From assembly GCA_038207335.1 (NCBI GenBank), contig JBBQZX010000011.1, positions 32,001 through 96,000 on the forward strand: a stretch of 64,000 nucleotides of DNA, written 5' to 3'. The translations under genes were made by a program, and so were the position numbers. The stretch is from Chthoniobacterales bacterium. GTDB lineage: Bacteria > Verrucomicrobiota > Verrucomicrobiia > Chthoniobacterales > Chthoniobacteraceae. The notes beneath the pieces are model-generated. The model saw only the letters and a list, made by a program, of their open reading frames with translations. It was not told the DNA's origin and did not search any database. Below are positions 1 to 8,562 of this stretch, in pieces; positions within the stretch are counted from its first letter, which is position 1; the number at the start of each line of letters is the position of its first letter.

Positions 1-2
1 TT

Positions 3-128
3 TCGAGCACGGAGATGCCGCTGGCCGAAGTGGCCGAGCGGTGCGGCTTCCGGCACCAGGAATACATGGGTGTGGTCTTTCGCGAGCGGCTGGGGAAGAC
101 ACCGGCACAGTGCAGGCGCGGCCGGTAG
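3..128 (+). CDS. 3' end of AraC/XylR-family transcriptional regulator (partial, starts before window)
   Basis: Manual translation STEMPLAEVAERCGFRHQEYMGVVFRERLGKTPAQCRRGR* matches the second AraC helix-turn-helix pattern (A..CGF....F....G.TP); TAG at 126-128. Not in the ORF track. Confidence 0.85.
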   Translation, partial: SSTEMPLAEVAERCGFRHQEYMGVVFRERLGKTPAQCRRGR

Positions 129-172
129 ATGTGAGGTTGATCGGATTTTCAAAAAGATCGCCGACTCAGCAT

Positions 173-206
173 AAAAAAGCGGCCCCGGATCGTCTCCGGG
201 GCCGCT
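173..206 (-). terminator. Rho-independent terminator downstream of the cytochrome b562-like gene
   Basis: Perfect 12-bp stem AGCGGCCCCGGA (178-189) / TCCGGGGCCGCT (195-206) with a 5-nt loop. The A-run at 173-178 gives a U-tail on the minus strand. Lies between convergent genes. Confidence 0.85.
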
Positions 207-233
207 GTGAAACTACGTGATGCGTGATTCCGC

Positions 234-665
234 TTATTTCTCGTCGTCTGGCGCGAAGTCCTTGTGGCCCTTCTCTTTTTGATCCGAAACCTTGTCGAAC
301 ATCGCCTTCGCCTCGTCCGACTTGTCCGCTTTCACGGCCGTCTCGATCTCGTCGTAGGTCTTCTTCAACGCCGCGAGTTCGTCTTTGTATTTGGCGAGGT
401 AAGCCGCCTTGTCCGCCGCCGGGACGTCCTTCGTCTTTGTCGGCTCCAGTTTCGCAGCGTCATCGGTGCTCTTCTTCATCTTCTCGAGCAGTGCGACGTT
501 GTCCTCTTTTTTCGAAGCATCGCCGATCTGCTTCTTGAGCATTTTCCAGCTCTTGTTCATCGCAGACATTTCTTTCTCCAAAGGCGTTTCGTCTTCGGCA
601 GCGACGGCAACGTGAAAGCCGAGCGACAGCACGGCGGTGAGGGTGAGAAGCGTTTTGAATTTCAT
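234..665 (-). CDS. Secreted cytochrome b562-like four-helix-bundle protein
   Basis: Sec signal peptide (MKFKTLLTLTAVLSLGFHVAVAA). N-terminal LEKEM (Met ligand position) and C-terminal KGHKDF (His ligand position). Helical, K/E-rich, no CxxCH. Confidence 0.7.
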   Translation of the reverse strand: MKFKTLLTLTAVLSLGFHVAVAAEDETPLEKEMSAMNKSWKMLKKQIGDASKKEDNVALLEKMKKSTDDAAKLEPTKTKDVPAADKAAYLAKYKDELAALKKTYDEIETAVKADKSDEAKAMFDKVSDQKEKGHKDFAPDDEK

Positions 666-766
666 GGGTTTGTAGTGGGATTGATTTTTGAAAAAAAGTC
701 GGCGAACCCGCCGGCCTCGTTGCCGGTCATTGACGCCTCGAGCGCCGGATTAAGTCAAAATTTCTT

Positions 767-3700
767 TCACTCCGAACGCAGCGCCGCGATGCGGCTCCCG
801 CGCAGCGCGAGCCGCGTCGCGAGCCAGACCCAGAAGACACATCCCGCCGCGAGCGCCGCGACAAGCAGCGACATCTCCGCGAGCGGAAAGCCGCCCGCGC
901 GCTCTCTTAAGCCGGGCCACACCGCGAGCAGCGCGCTCCCGACACCGATCACGAGCCCGCAAATGATGAGCCAGCGATGCTCCGCGAAAACGAGCCGTCG
1001 CAACTGCCGCGGTCGAAATCCCACCGCTTCGAGAAGCCCGAATTCACTGCGTCGCTCGAGCACATTTCTGCCGACGACGATCGCGAGCCCCGCGCTCCCG
1101 AGAAGCAGCCCGAGCCCGCCGAGCACTTGGAAAATTGAGAGATAAGTATTCTCGACAGCCTGAAATTCCGCAAGCCGCCGCCACGCCAGAGTCACCGCAA
1201 ATCCGCGATCCTGCAGCGCGCGCGACAGTTCCCGAGCAACAGCCTCGCTCCCATTGGCGCCTTCGACGTTCGGCGCATCGACGAGGAAAAATCGGTATCC
1301 GCCATGCCCCGGAAATTTTTCGATGAAGTGCTTTTCCGAGATCACGACATCGCCCTGCAAAATCGAGCCCGCAAGCGTCGCGACGAGCCGCACCTCGAAT
1401 GGCTGACCGCGCTCATCTTGATACGTGAGCGTATCACCCAGCTTTTTCTGCAAAGCCCATTGTAACGTTGCTTGATCGACGATTCCCGGGATCGCGTTGT
1501 CGCCCTTCGTGTCGTCGTCGAGCTGTTCCCAACCGGATTTCGCATCGGAAAAATGGAACCGCGATTGCAGATCACCCGGCTTCACGCCGAGCAGCCGCGG
1601 ATGCAGCGCGCGATTGAGATTCAGGCAGCTCGCGTCGTCGCCAGCGAGCACGCGCATGGGCATCACACTCACTCCTGCCATCGTCTTTTCATCCAAGGCA
1701 AAGGATTCGCGGCCCTTGTCCGAATTCAGATCGTCGTAAATCGGCAGCGCCGATTCGCCCACAAGCGCGAAGCCCCCGGTCCCCGAGTCGCGCTCCATCG
1801 TCGCGCCCTGCGGTCGCTGGCGAAACGAATCGACCGCCACCACGATGAACACGCCGCTCGCCAATACGGCGATCGTCGCGAGGCTCCGTCCGCGCCGTCG
1901 CGCGGCATTGCGCGCGCCGAGTTGCGCAATGCTTTTCAGGCTTCCGTCCGCGACAGCCGCGCATCGAAGCCTCGCCAGCGCCAGGAGACATCCCCCGATC
2001 AGGAGCAGCGAGCCTGCGCCAAAAAACGCCTCCGCGCCAGACGCCGTGAACGCCAGTGCCAACGCGCCAAGAATGCCGACCACGCCACCGATGAGCGGCA
2101 GTCCCGGAATTTTTGAAACCGCGGAATTCGCGGAGGATGGTTGACGTTCGGATGAAGAAACCGACGCGTCTGTCTCGCTGATTTTCCGAGCTGCCACTTC
2201 GGATCTCTTCTTTTTCCGCCATCCGCGCGCGTCCGCGAACTCCGCGGACGTCCCTCCGAGCAGTTCCCGCGCGCTATGCCGAAACAGCCGGCGGCTCGCG
2301 AACCACATCGCCAGCAGCGCGATCAGCATGCCGGAGATAACGCCAATCGCGAGCGTCATCATGCCTGGCGCAAATACGAAATCCGTCGTGCCGACCGCAC
2401 CGCGCCAGATCGTGGCGAGCGCGCGCAGCACGAGCCTTGTGTAGATCAATGCGGCTGCGACACCCGCGACGCTCCCGATCACGGACAGCGCCGCGCCTTC
2501 AAAAAGAAACACGCGCCGCACCTGCCAGGGACGCCAACCGAGGCCGAGCAGCAGCCCTGCCTCCGCGCGACGCTGCTCGATCGAGAAGACGAAAAGCAAC
2601 CCCGTAAGCACCGCCGCCGCGACGATGAGGAAAAACGAAAAGCTCACGAACAACTGGCCAAAATCGACTGGCGCATCCGTCGCACCGAGCGCCTGCTGGC
2701 GCAGCGGGATGAAGCTCATGCCCGCCTGCTCCGGCGTCAGCTTCGCGAGGATTTGCGACGCGATCGCCTTCGCATCCGCGGGTGCCCGATATCGGATCGC
2801 GGTCAGCTCCCCCCAGCGATTCGCCCACATTTGCTGACCCATCGCGATGTTCACGAATGCCTTTGGTGTGCCGCGATATTTGTCCCAATACGCCTCGTCC
2901 TTGTCGCGAAATTTGCTCACGTCCATTTCAAAGCCGGGCTCCCATTCCCGGCAGCTTTTCTTGTCCGTGAGGCCGGGGAAATCGGGCATCCACGAGCCAT
3001 CGAGCTGCGGCTCATCCAGCGGCAAAATCGAGAGCACGGTGAACTCTCGCGACTTCTCCGTGAGCTCACGCCGCTCGCCCATCACGAAATATTTCAGCGT
3101 CACGCGGTCGCCGCTTTTCGCGCCGAGATCATCGGCGAGCCATTGGTTCAGGACGATCTCATCGTCCGCGAGTTCCGCCGGGAGAAAACCGCACGCTGCT
3201 GCGTCGATCGCCGTCACCATCGAGTAAGGCGTGCTCTTCTCGCCAACGCGGAGTTCGTTCACCAAATAAGTCAGCACATCGATCCCGCGCGGCGCGGCTT
3301 CGATGACCGGGTGATCGAGAAAAACGCGGCTCGTGCGAAGCTCTACACCTGCACTTTTTTCGAGCGGGCGCAGCTCGAGCGCGGCGTCTTCGAGCGAAAA
3401 CTGAGCGGTGACTGAGTCGCGGAAAGTTTCAGCGCGATCCTTCGCTTCCAGAAGGATCACATTCGCCTTTCCCGTCTCACCGATTTTCCCCTGCACGTCT
3501 GCGAGCGGCGCGAACACGCTGAAAGGCGGCACTTGGCTGGCGTTGAACGCGAAGCGTCCGAACTCTTGATCGCCGACCACGCGCGCGATTTTCACCCGCA
3601 CCGCGATCAACGCGTTCTCCTCGCCGGAGAGCGGTGCATCGCGTGAAAAGGCTGACGGCTTCTCGAGCCGCACAATGACCGTGTCACCGACCACGACGCC

Positions 3701-4126
3701 GAGTTGACGTGCGGTGCGCTCATTGATCGCGATGGTGCCCGGCGGCAGTTCAACCGCGGCTCTACTCGGCGACAGTTTCCAAAAGCGCTCATCCACGCCG
3801 AGCAGTTGCGCGACGTTCACGCGAGCCGAGCCATCTGCTCGTGCGACGCTTGCGCGCAGCATCAACAGCGGTGCCAATGGAATACGGCCGGGCGATTGAA
3901 TTGCGTCGGCAAGGCTGGCGCGGAAAAGGCGTTCGCCGCCGACGAATGCAAAATCCACGCGTCCGACGCGTAACTCCGCCTGCCGTCGCAGCGTCGCTTT
4001 CACCGAATCACCCACGAGCAGCGAGCCCGTGAGCACCATCGCGCCTAGCGCCGCTCCGAGCACGACGCCGATATGCGTGCGCCAGTAAAAGCCGAGGCTC
4101 CGGCGGATGAGCGTCGCGGCACTCAT
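767..4126 (-). CDS. ABC transporter permease, duplicated FtsX/MacB-like (1119 aa)
   Basis: Two periplasmic-domain plus TM-bundle repeats, each with an FtsX-type motif (EQRRAEAGLLLGLG; ERRSEFGLLEAVGF). Adjacent to the ATPase gene. Confidence 0.9.
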   Translation of the reverse strand: MSAATLIRRSLGFYWRTHIGVVLGAALGAMVLTGSLLVGDSVKATLRRQAELRVGRVDFAFVGGERLFRASLADAIQSPGRIPLAPLLMLRASVARADGSARVNVAQLLGVDERFWKLSPSRAAVELPPGTIAINERTARQLGVVVGDTVIVRLEKPSAFSRDAPLSGEENALIAVRVKIARVVGDQEFGRFAFNASQVPPFSVFAPLADVQGKIGETGKANVILLEAKDRAETFRDSVTAQFSLEDAALELRPLEKSAGVELRTSRVFLDHPVIEAAPRGIDVLTYLVNELRVGEKSTPYSMVTAIDAAACGFLPAELADDEIVLNQWLADDLGAKSGDRVTLKYFVMGERRELTEKSREFTVLSILPLDEPQLDGSWMPDFPGLTDKKSCREWEPGFEMDVSKFRDKDEAYWDKYRGTPKAFVNIAMGQQMWANRWGELTAIRYRAPADAKAIASQILAKLTPEQAGMSFIPLRQQALGATDAPVDFGQLFVSFSFFLIVAAAVLTGLLFVFSIEQRRAEAGLLLGLGWRPWQVRRVFLFEGAALSVIGSVAGVAAALIYTRLVLRALATIWRGAVGTTDFVFAPGMMTLAIGVISGMLIALLAMWFASRRLFRHSARELLGGTSAEFADARGWRKKKRSEVAARKISETDASVSSSERQPSSANSAVSKIPGLPLIGGVVGILGALALAFTASGAEAFFGAGSLLLIGGCLLALARLRCAAVADGSLKSIAQLGARNAARRRGRSLATIAVLASGVFIVVAVDSFRQRPQGATMERDSGTGGFALVGESALPIYDDLNSDKGRESFALDEKTMAGVSVMPMRVLAGDDASCLNLNRALHPRLLGVKPGDLQSRFHFSDAKSGWEQLDDDTKGDNAIPGIVDQATLQWALQKKLGDTLTYQDERGQPFEVRLVATLAGSILQGDVVISEKHFIEKFPGHGGYRFFLVDAPNVEGANGSEAVARELSRALQDRGFAVTLAWRRLAEFQAVENTYLSIFQVLGGLGLLLGSAGLAIVVGRNVLERRSEFGLLEAVGFRPRQLRRLVFAEHRWLIICGLVIGVGSALLAVWPGLRERAGGFPLAEMSLLVAALAAGCVFWVWLATRLALRGSRIAALRSE
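2119..2247. repeat. Palindromic element inserted in frame in the ABC permease
   Basis: CCGCGGAATTCGCGGA (2119-2134) and TCCGCGAACTCCGCGG (2232-2247) form a 16-bp inverted repeat with one mismatch. Total span is 129 bp (43 codons) and encodes a polar low-complexity linker. Confidence 0.65.
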
Positions 4127-4166
4127 CTGGCGTGAGTTGCGGCTCTTGGGAGCGCGCTTCGCATTC

Positions 4167-4850
4167 TCATTTTTGCTCCTCGAGTTTCCCGTCCACGATC
4201 TCGAAAACGCGCTGCATCCGCCGCGCGATTTCCTGCGCGTGCGTGACCACTATGAGCGTCACACCGCGCGCTTTGTTGAGCTCCACAAGCAAGTCGATGA
4301 GCCGCTCCGCGGAGACGCGATCGAGCGCCCCGGTCGGCTCGTCCGCGAGCAACAACTTCGGTTCGTTGATGAGCGCGCGCGCCACCGCCACACGCTGGCG
4401 CTCACCGCCGGAAAGCTCGCCGGGCCGATGAGCGAGGCGACGCCCGAGTCCGACACTTTCCAGCAAATTCTCCGCGCGCTTTTTCAACACCGCGTTATCG
4501 CAGCCACTGCGCGCGAGCGTCGGGATGAGCACGTTCTCCAAAATCGTGCACTGCGGCAGCAGGTGGTGGAGCTGGAAAATAAACCCGACGGTTTCATTCC
4601 GAAACGCTGCGACCGCGCGTTCATCGAGCTGAGAAATGTCGCGCCCATCGACTTTCACCGAGCCCGAGTCCGCATGATCGAGCGCGCCCACGATGTTGAG
4701 CAACGTGCTCTTTCCAGAGCCCGAAGGCCCGAGAATCGCCGCCGTCTCGCCCGCAGCGAGCTGCCAATTCACATCGCGCAGCACCGCGACGGCGTCGCCG
4801 CCATCCGGCGCGCGATACGTTTTTGAGAGGTCGGTTATTTCGAGGAGCAT
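4167..4850 (-). CDS. ABC transporter ATP-binding protein (LolD/MacB-like)
   Basis: Walker A GPSGSGKST, signature LSGGERQR, Walker B LLLADEPT, H-loop VTH. Start placed at the ATG of MLLEITDL (4850); the ORF track starts at 4889. Confidence 0.92.
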   Translation of the reverse strand: MLLEITDLSKTYRAPDGGDAVAVLRDVNWQLAAGETAAILGPSGSGKSTLLNIVGALDHADSGSVKVDGRDISQLDERAVAAFRNETVGFIFQLHHLLPQCTILENVLIPTLARSGCDNAVLKKRAENLLESVGLGRRLAHRPGELSGGERQRVAVARALINEPKLLLADEPTGALDRVSAERLIDLLVELNKARGVTLIVVTHAQEIARRMQRVFEIVDGKLEEQK

Positions 4851-4873
4851 GGGTTTAGATTCAGCGATCGCGT

Positions 4874-6094
4874 TCACAAGTTCACCCATCGCTTCGCTTT
4901 CATTTCGAATCGCGGCAGCGTTCCGCTCGCGACCCGCCTCGCGGGAATCCGCAGCGTGAACGCCTGCGTCAGTGCACGCTCCAACTCGCGCGGCGCATCA
5001 TCATCGGGGCATTCGATCGCGATCGCGACCTCCGCCATTGCGCCGCGCCGCGAGACCTCCACACGATACTCCGCGATGCTCGGCATTGCGCGCACGACCG
5101 CATCGACGGCGCTCGGGTAAATGTTCACGCCGCGCACGACGATCATGTCGTCGGCGCGTCCGATGATTCCGCCATCTAGCGTGAAACTATCCACGCCCGG
5201 AATACGCCGCACGAGGTCGCCGGTGCGGTATCGCAGGAGCGGCGAAGCGGAGCGTCCAAGCGGCGTCAGCACCAGTTCGCCGATGTCGCCGATCGCTATC
5301 TGCTGGCCGGTTTCCGGCTGAATGACCTCCGCAAAATACGACTCGTCGATCACCGTCTGCGAAGCCGGATGCGCAGCATCTTCAAACGCCACTGGGCCGA
5401 CCTCCGTCATGCCGTAGTGGTCGATCACTCGCGCGCCATTCCACGCCACCGAGATGCGCTCGCGCAAATGCACCACGCTGCCGCCGGGCTCGCCTGCGAC
5501 GATGATTTTCCTCACCGCGGAACCGCCGAGATCGATCCCCTCTGCGCGCGCCGTTTCGGCCAGATGCAGCGCGTAAGTCGGCGTGCACAAAAGCACCGTC
5601 GCCTCCTGCTGGATGATCGCGCGAACCCGTGCCGCACTGCCGAGCCCGCCGCCAGGGATCGCGAGAAATCCGAGCTTTGTCGCCGCCTCGAACGCGGTCC
5701 AAAAACCGAGGAACGGCCCGAACGAAAACGCGAAGTAGATGCGGTCTCCAAAGGCCACTCCGGCGGCGCGATAAATGTGCGCCCAATTTCCGAGCAGCCA
5801 CTCCCAGCTCTCGCTCGTATCGAGCCACACAAGCGGGCACCCGGTCGTGCCCGTCGTCTGACAGAAGCGCGTGTAGCGCTCGACAGGAAAAGTGAGGTTC
5901 GTGCCGTACGGCGGATATGCCGCCTGATCCGCGACTAGTTCGCTTTTCCTGGTGAAAGGGACGCGAGCCGAGAAATCCTCAGCGCTCGCGAGATTCTCAG
6001 CGGTCACTCCGCACTCCGCGAGCCGAGCCGTGTAAAAGCGATTTCCCGGCGTGATCGCGGCAATGATCGCGCGAAGTTTCTCGAGCTGCTTCAT
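4874..6094 (-). CDS. Phenylacetate-CoA ligase (PaaK)-like AMP-dependent ligase
   Basis: ANL motifs QTTGTTG, AGEPG, DHYGMTE, YRTGD, GRADDM..RGVNIYP and C-terminal LPRFEMKAKR. Confidence 0.85.
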   Translation of the reverse strand: MKQLEKLRAIIAAITPGNRFYTARLAECGVTAENLASAEDFSARVPFTRKSELVADQAAYPPYGTNLTFPVERYTRFCQTTGTTGCPLVWLDTSESWEWLLGNWAHIYRAAGVAFGDRIYFAFSFGPFLGFWTAFEAATKLGFLAIPGGGLGSAARVRAIIQQEATVLLCTPTYALHLAETARAEGIDLGGSAVRKIIVAGEPGGSVVHLRERISVAWNGARVIDHYGMTEVGPVAFEDAAHPASQTVIDESYFAEVIQPETGQQIAIGDIGELVLTPLGRSASPLLRYRTGDLVRRIPGVDSFTLDGGIIGRADDMIVVRGVNIYPSAVDAVVRAMPSIAEYRVEVSRRGAMAEVAIAIECPDDDAPRELERALTQAFTLRIPARRVASGTLPRFEMKAKRWVNL

Positions 6095-6127
6095 CGGCTC
6101 GCGGCGGATGCCTAGGCCATCGGCGTG

Positions 6128-6697
6128 CTACGCGCTTGGCTGCTCCGCGGCCGGCGGCATGGGGAAAGGCTTGTGTGGAACTGCAGCGGGTTTGTAGAGC
6201 GTGACGAGACAGCCCCCCGCCGCAGCCAGCGCGATGCCGAGCCAGAACGGCAGCGGGATCGTGCCCCAGCCGCCGGCAGGTGGATCTTTGATCAAGGCCA
6301 CCGCAGCATTCACGATCGGAGCGCCCGCAAAAATGATGCTCATGATGACCGGCACATAAGCCGCCGTCTGCCCCTTCGGAGCCGCGCCAAATGCGAGCAG
6401 CACGCCAAACGCCCCGATCGCTCCCGCGACGCCCGCGATCAGCGACCACCAAGCCCCGGTGGCCGGGAACGACCAAGTCGCGCCGTTCATTTTCAGCACC
6501 GCCAGCGGCGCGAGCACGGCGACGAGAAAGTAGGCGACGCCGACCAGCAAAAAGGCTTTATAGCGGCCATTCGCCTGGTCGCTCATGCCCATCTGCCCGA
6601 TGTGCAGAAGGATGCCATAGACGCCCCACATCACGACGGTGAGGAAGGCGAAGGCGAGCCAGGTGAGGGAACTTTGTGGAGCGTTGGTCGGTGGCAT
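6128..6697 (-). CDS. Integral membrane protein, possibly DMT/EamA-like (about 5 TM)
   Basis: Five hydrophobic segments, with WGVYG and FAGAPIVN motifs. Co-oriented within the cluster. Confidence 0.65.
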   Translation of the reverse strand: MPPTNAPQSSLTWLAFAFLTVVMWGVYGILLHIGQMGMSDQANGRYKAFLLVGVAYFLVAVLAPLAVLKMNGATWSFPATGAWWSLIAGVAGAIGAFGVLLAFGAAPKGQTAAYVPVIMSIIFAGAPIVNAAVALIKDPPAGGWGTIPLPFWLGIALAAAGGCLVTLYKPAAVPHKPFPMPPAAEQPSA

Positions 6698-6747
6698 TTT
6701 GGTTTGAGGTTTTGGTGCTTGTAAAAAGTCGGAATCGTCCGGTTGGC

Positions 6748-7212
6748 TTAGGCACTTCCTGCGCCCGCGAATGGCTTCAAGAGTGCCTCGGGAGCCGGTT
6801 CGATCTTTGCGCGGATGCTCGCCGGCACAGGCACGGGCATGAGCCGGCCGGTCGCCTCATCCACCCGCGCGCAGACCGCCGCGATCGACCCGCGCGCGAT
6901 CTCGAGGCCGTCGGAGACTTTGCGAAAAATGAACTGGTAACGGATCGAGCGGGACCGGACCTCCGCGACCAGCAGATGAATTTCCACCTCATCCTCGAAG
7001 CGCAGCGGCCGCATGTAATCGCAAGCAGCGTGGACTCGCGGCCAGCCAGTCGTGCCGCCCTCCCCCGCGCCGTGGATCGAGAAACCGAGCGAGCGGAAAA
7101 ACGAGTGCTCCGCCGCCTCCATCATGCGGAAAAAATTCGCGAAATGGACGATGCCCGCCATGTCGGTTTCCGCGAACTCGACGCGGTGGATGTGCTTGAA
7201 CTCGTAGGGCAT
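6748..7212 (-). CDS. Hotdog-fold acyl-CoA thioesterase (4HBT/YbgC family)
   Basis: RVEFAETDMAGIVHFANFFRMME motif with the catalytic Asp; CDYMRPLRFED. Confidence 0.88.
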   Translation of the reverse strand: MPYEFKHIHRVEFAETDMAGIVHFANFFRMMEAAEHSFFRSLGFSIHGAGEGGTTGWPRVHAACDYMRPLRFEDEVEIHLLVAEVRSRSIRYQFIFRKVSDGLEIARGSIAAVCARVDEATGRLMPVPVPASIRAKIEPAPEALLKPFAGAGSA

Positions 7213-7224
7213 CGCCGAAGCAGA

Positions 7225-8526
7225 TTACGGAGCGGCGTTTTCGGCGTCCATGATTTCGCACGTCGCCGCGAGGAAACGCGCGGCCAGCCGTGGCATCGAA
7301 TATTCGCGTCCCACCGCTGCGCGTCCGCGCTTCCCGAATTCGCGCGCTTTTTGCGGATCGTTCAGCAGCGACTCCCACGCATCCGCGAGCGCCGTCGCGC
7401 TGCCCGGTTCGAACAAAATCCCGCCGCCCGTCGCCGCGATGATCTCGGGAAACGAAGCGGTCTCCGGCTGCACCACGGGAACTCCGGCCGCGAGTGCCTC
7501 AATGAGAAAAAGCCCGAACGCCTCACCGTAACTCGTCGGCACCGACAGCAGCGTGAGGCGCTGGAGAAAGGCCACCTTTTCCTCACGGCTCACATTTGGC
7601 AGAAACTCGGCATCGCCCGCGCAGCCAGCCTCCGCGAGCTTGCGGCGCATTGTGGCGACATAGCGCTCGTCCTCCGCTGTCATGGCGCCTGCGACGCGCA
7701 GTTTCACGCCGGAAAATGTGGCGCGCTTTTTCAGGAGAATGAACGCGTCGATCACGAGCCCGAGTCCCTTGCCTTCGATCATTCGTGCGAGAAAACCGAT
7801 CGCCGGAACGATCGGCGCGCCTCCGATTTCCGCAAAATCCGCGAGGTCAATTCCGTTCGGAATCACGCGCACTTGCGCCTCCGGCAGGCGCATCCGCCGC
7901 TGCATCAGTTCCGCATAAAATCGACTCGGTGCGATAAACCGCCCGACATCGCGCGACCGCTCGGCGAGCGTCTCCCATGAGCGCGCGCGCCACGGCTCCG
8001 GCAGACCGTCGAGAAAAACATCTTCACCCTGAAGCGAACAGATTACCGCCACGCCGAGCTCCCGCCGCAGCCGCCGCGCGAGTCCGGCGAGCAGCGCGGT
8101 CGAGAGCCACACCGCATCGGGCCGATGCTCGCGCAGCCAGTCGATGAGCTTGTCGAGTTCCTTCGCCTGATTTCCCTCCTCACCGCGCAGCATGGAAAAT
8201 GTGAGCTCTCCGACTTCGGCAGTCGCCGTCATGCCGGTCTGCCGCGCCGCCAGATTCAAGAGGCCGCGGGCATTCAACAGGCGGTCGAGCCAGCGCGGCG
8301 TGTGGCGGAAAAGCGCGAGCTTTTGCTGCAAATAGACATTCACGCCGCCGAAAAAGATCGGCGACTCCGGGCTCGCCGCGCCTTCCTCCAACGTGAGCGG
8401 CAGATACATCGGCAGCATCACCGCATCGTGCCCCTGCCGGATGAGTTCCTTCGCCAGCGCATTGTCCCTCATGCAGACGCCGCAGTAGTAGCTGCCTGTG
8501 CCAGGTGTGATGAGGACGATCCTCAT
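7225..8526 (-). CDS. GT4 glycosyltransferase with N-terminal CxxC
   Basis: VIPNGID and EAFGLFLIEALAAGVPVV (GT-B E-x7-E motif). N-terminal GSYYCGVCMRDN. Confidence 0.88.
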   Translation of the reverse strand: MRIVLITPGTGSYYCGVCMRDNALAKELIRQGHDAVMLPMYLPLTLEEGAASPESPIFFGGVNVYLQQKLALFRHTPRWLDRLLNARGLLNLAARQTGMTATAEVGELTFSMLRGEEGNQAKELDKLIDWLREHRPDAVWLSTALLAGLARRLRRELGVAVICSLQGEDVFLDGLPEPWRARSWETLAERSRDVGRFIAPSRFYAELMQRRMRLPEAQVRVIPNGIDLADFAEIGGAPIVPAIGFLARMIEGKGLGLVIDAFILLKKRATFSGVKLRVAGAMTAEDERYVATMRRKLAEAGCAGDAEFLPNVSREEKVAFLQRLTLLSVPTSYGEAFGLFLIEALAAGVPVVQPETASFPEIIAATGGGILFEPGSATALADAWESLLNDPQKAREFGKRGRAAVGREYSMPRLAARFLAATCEIMDAENAAP

Positions 8527-8562
8527 TGGAAGAGCGGAAAAATGTTCAATGCCGCAGGCATC

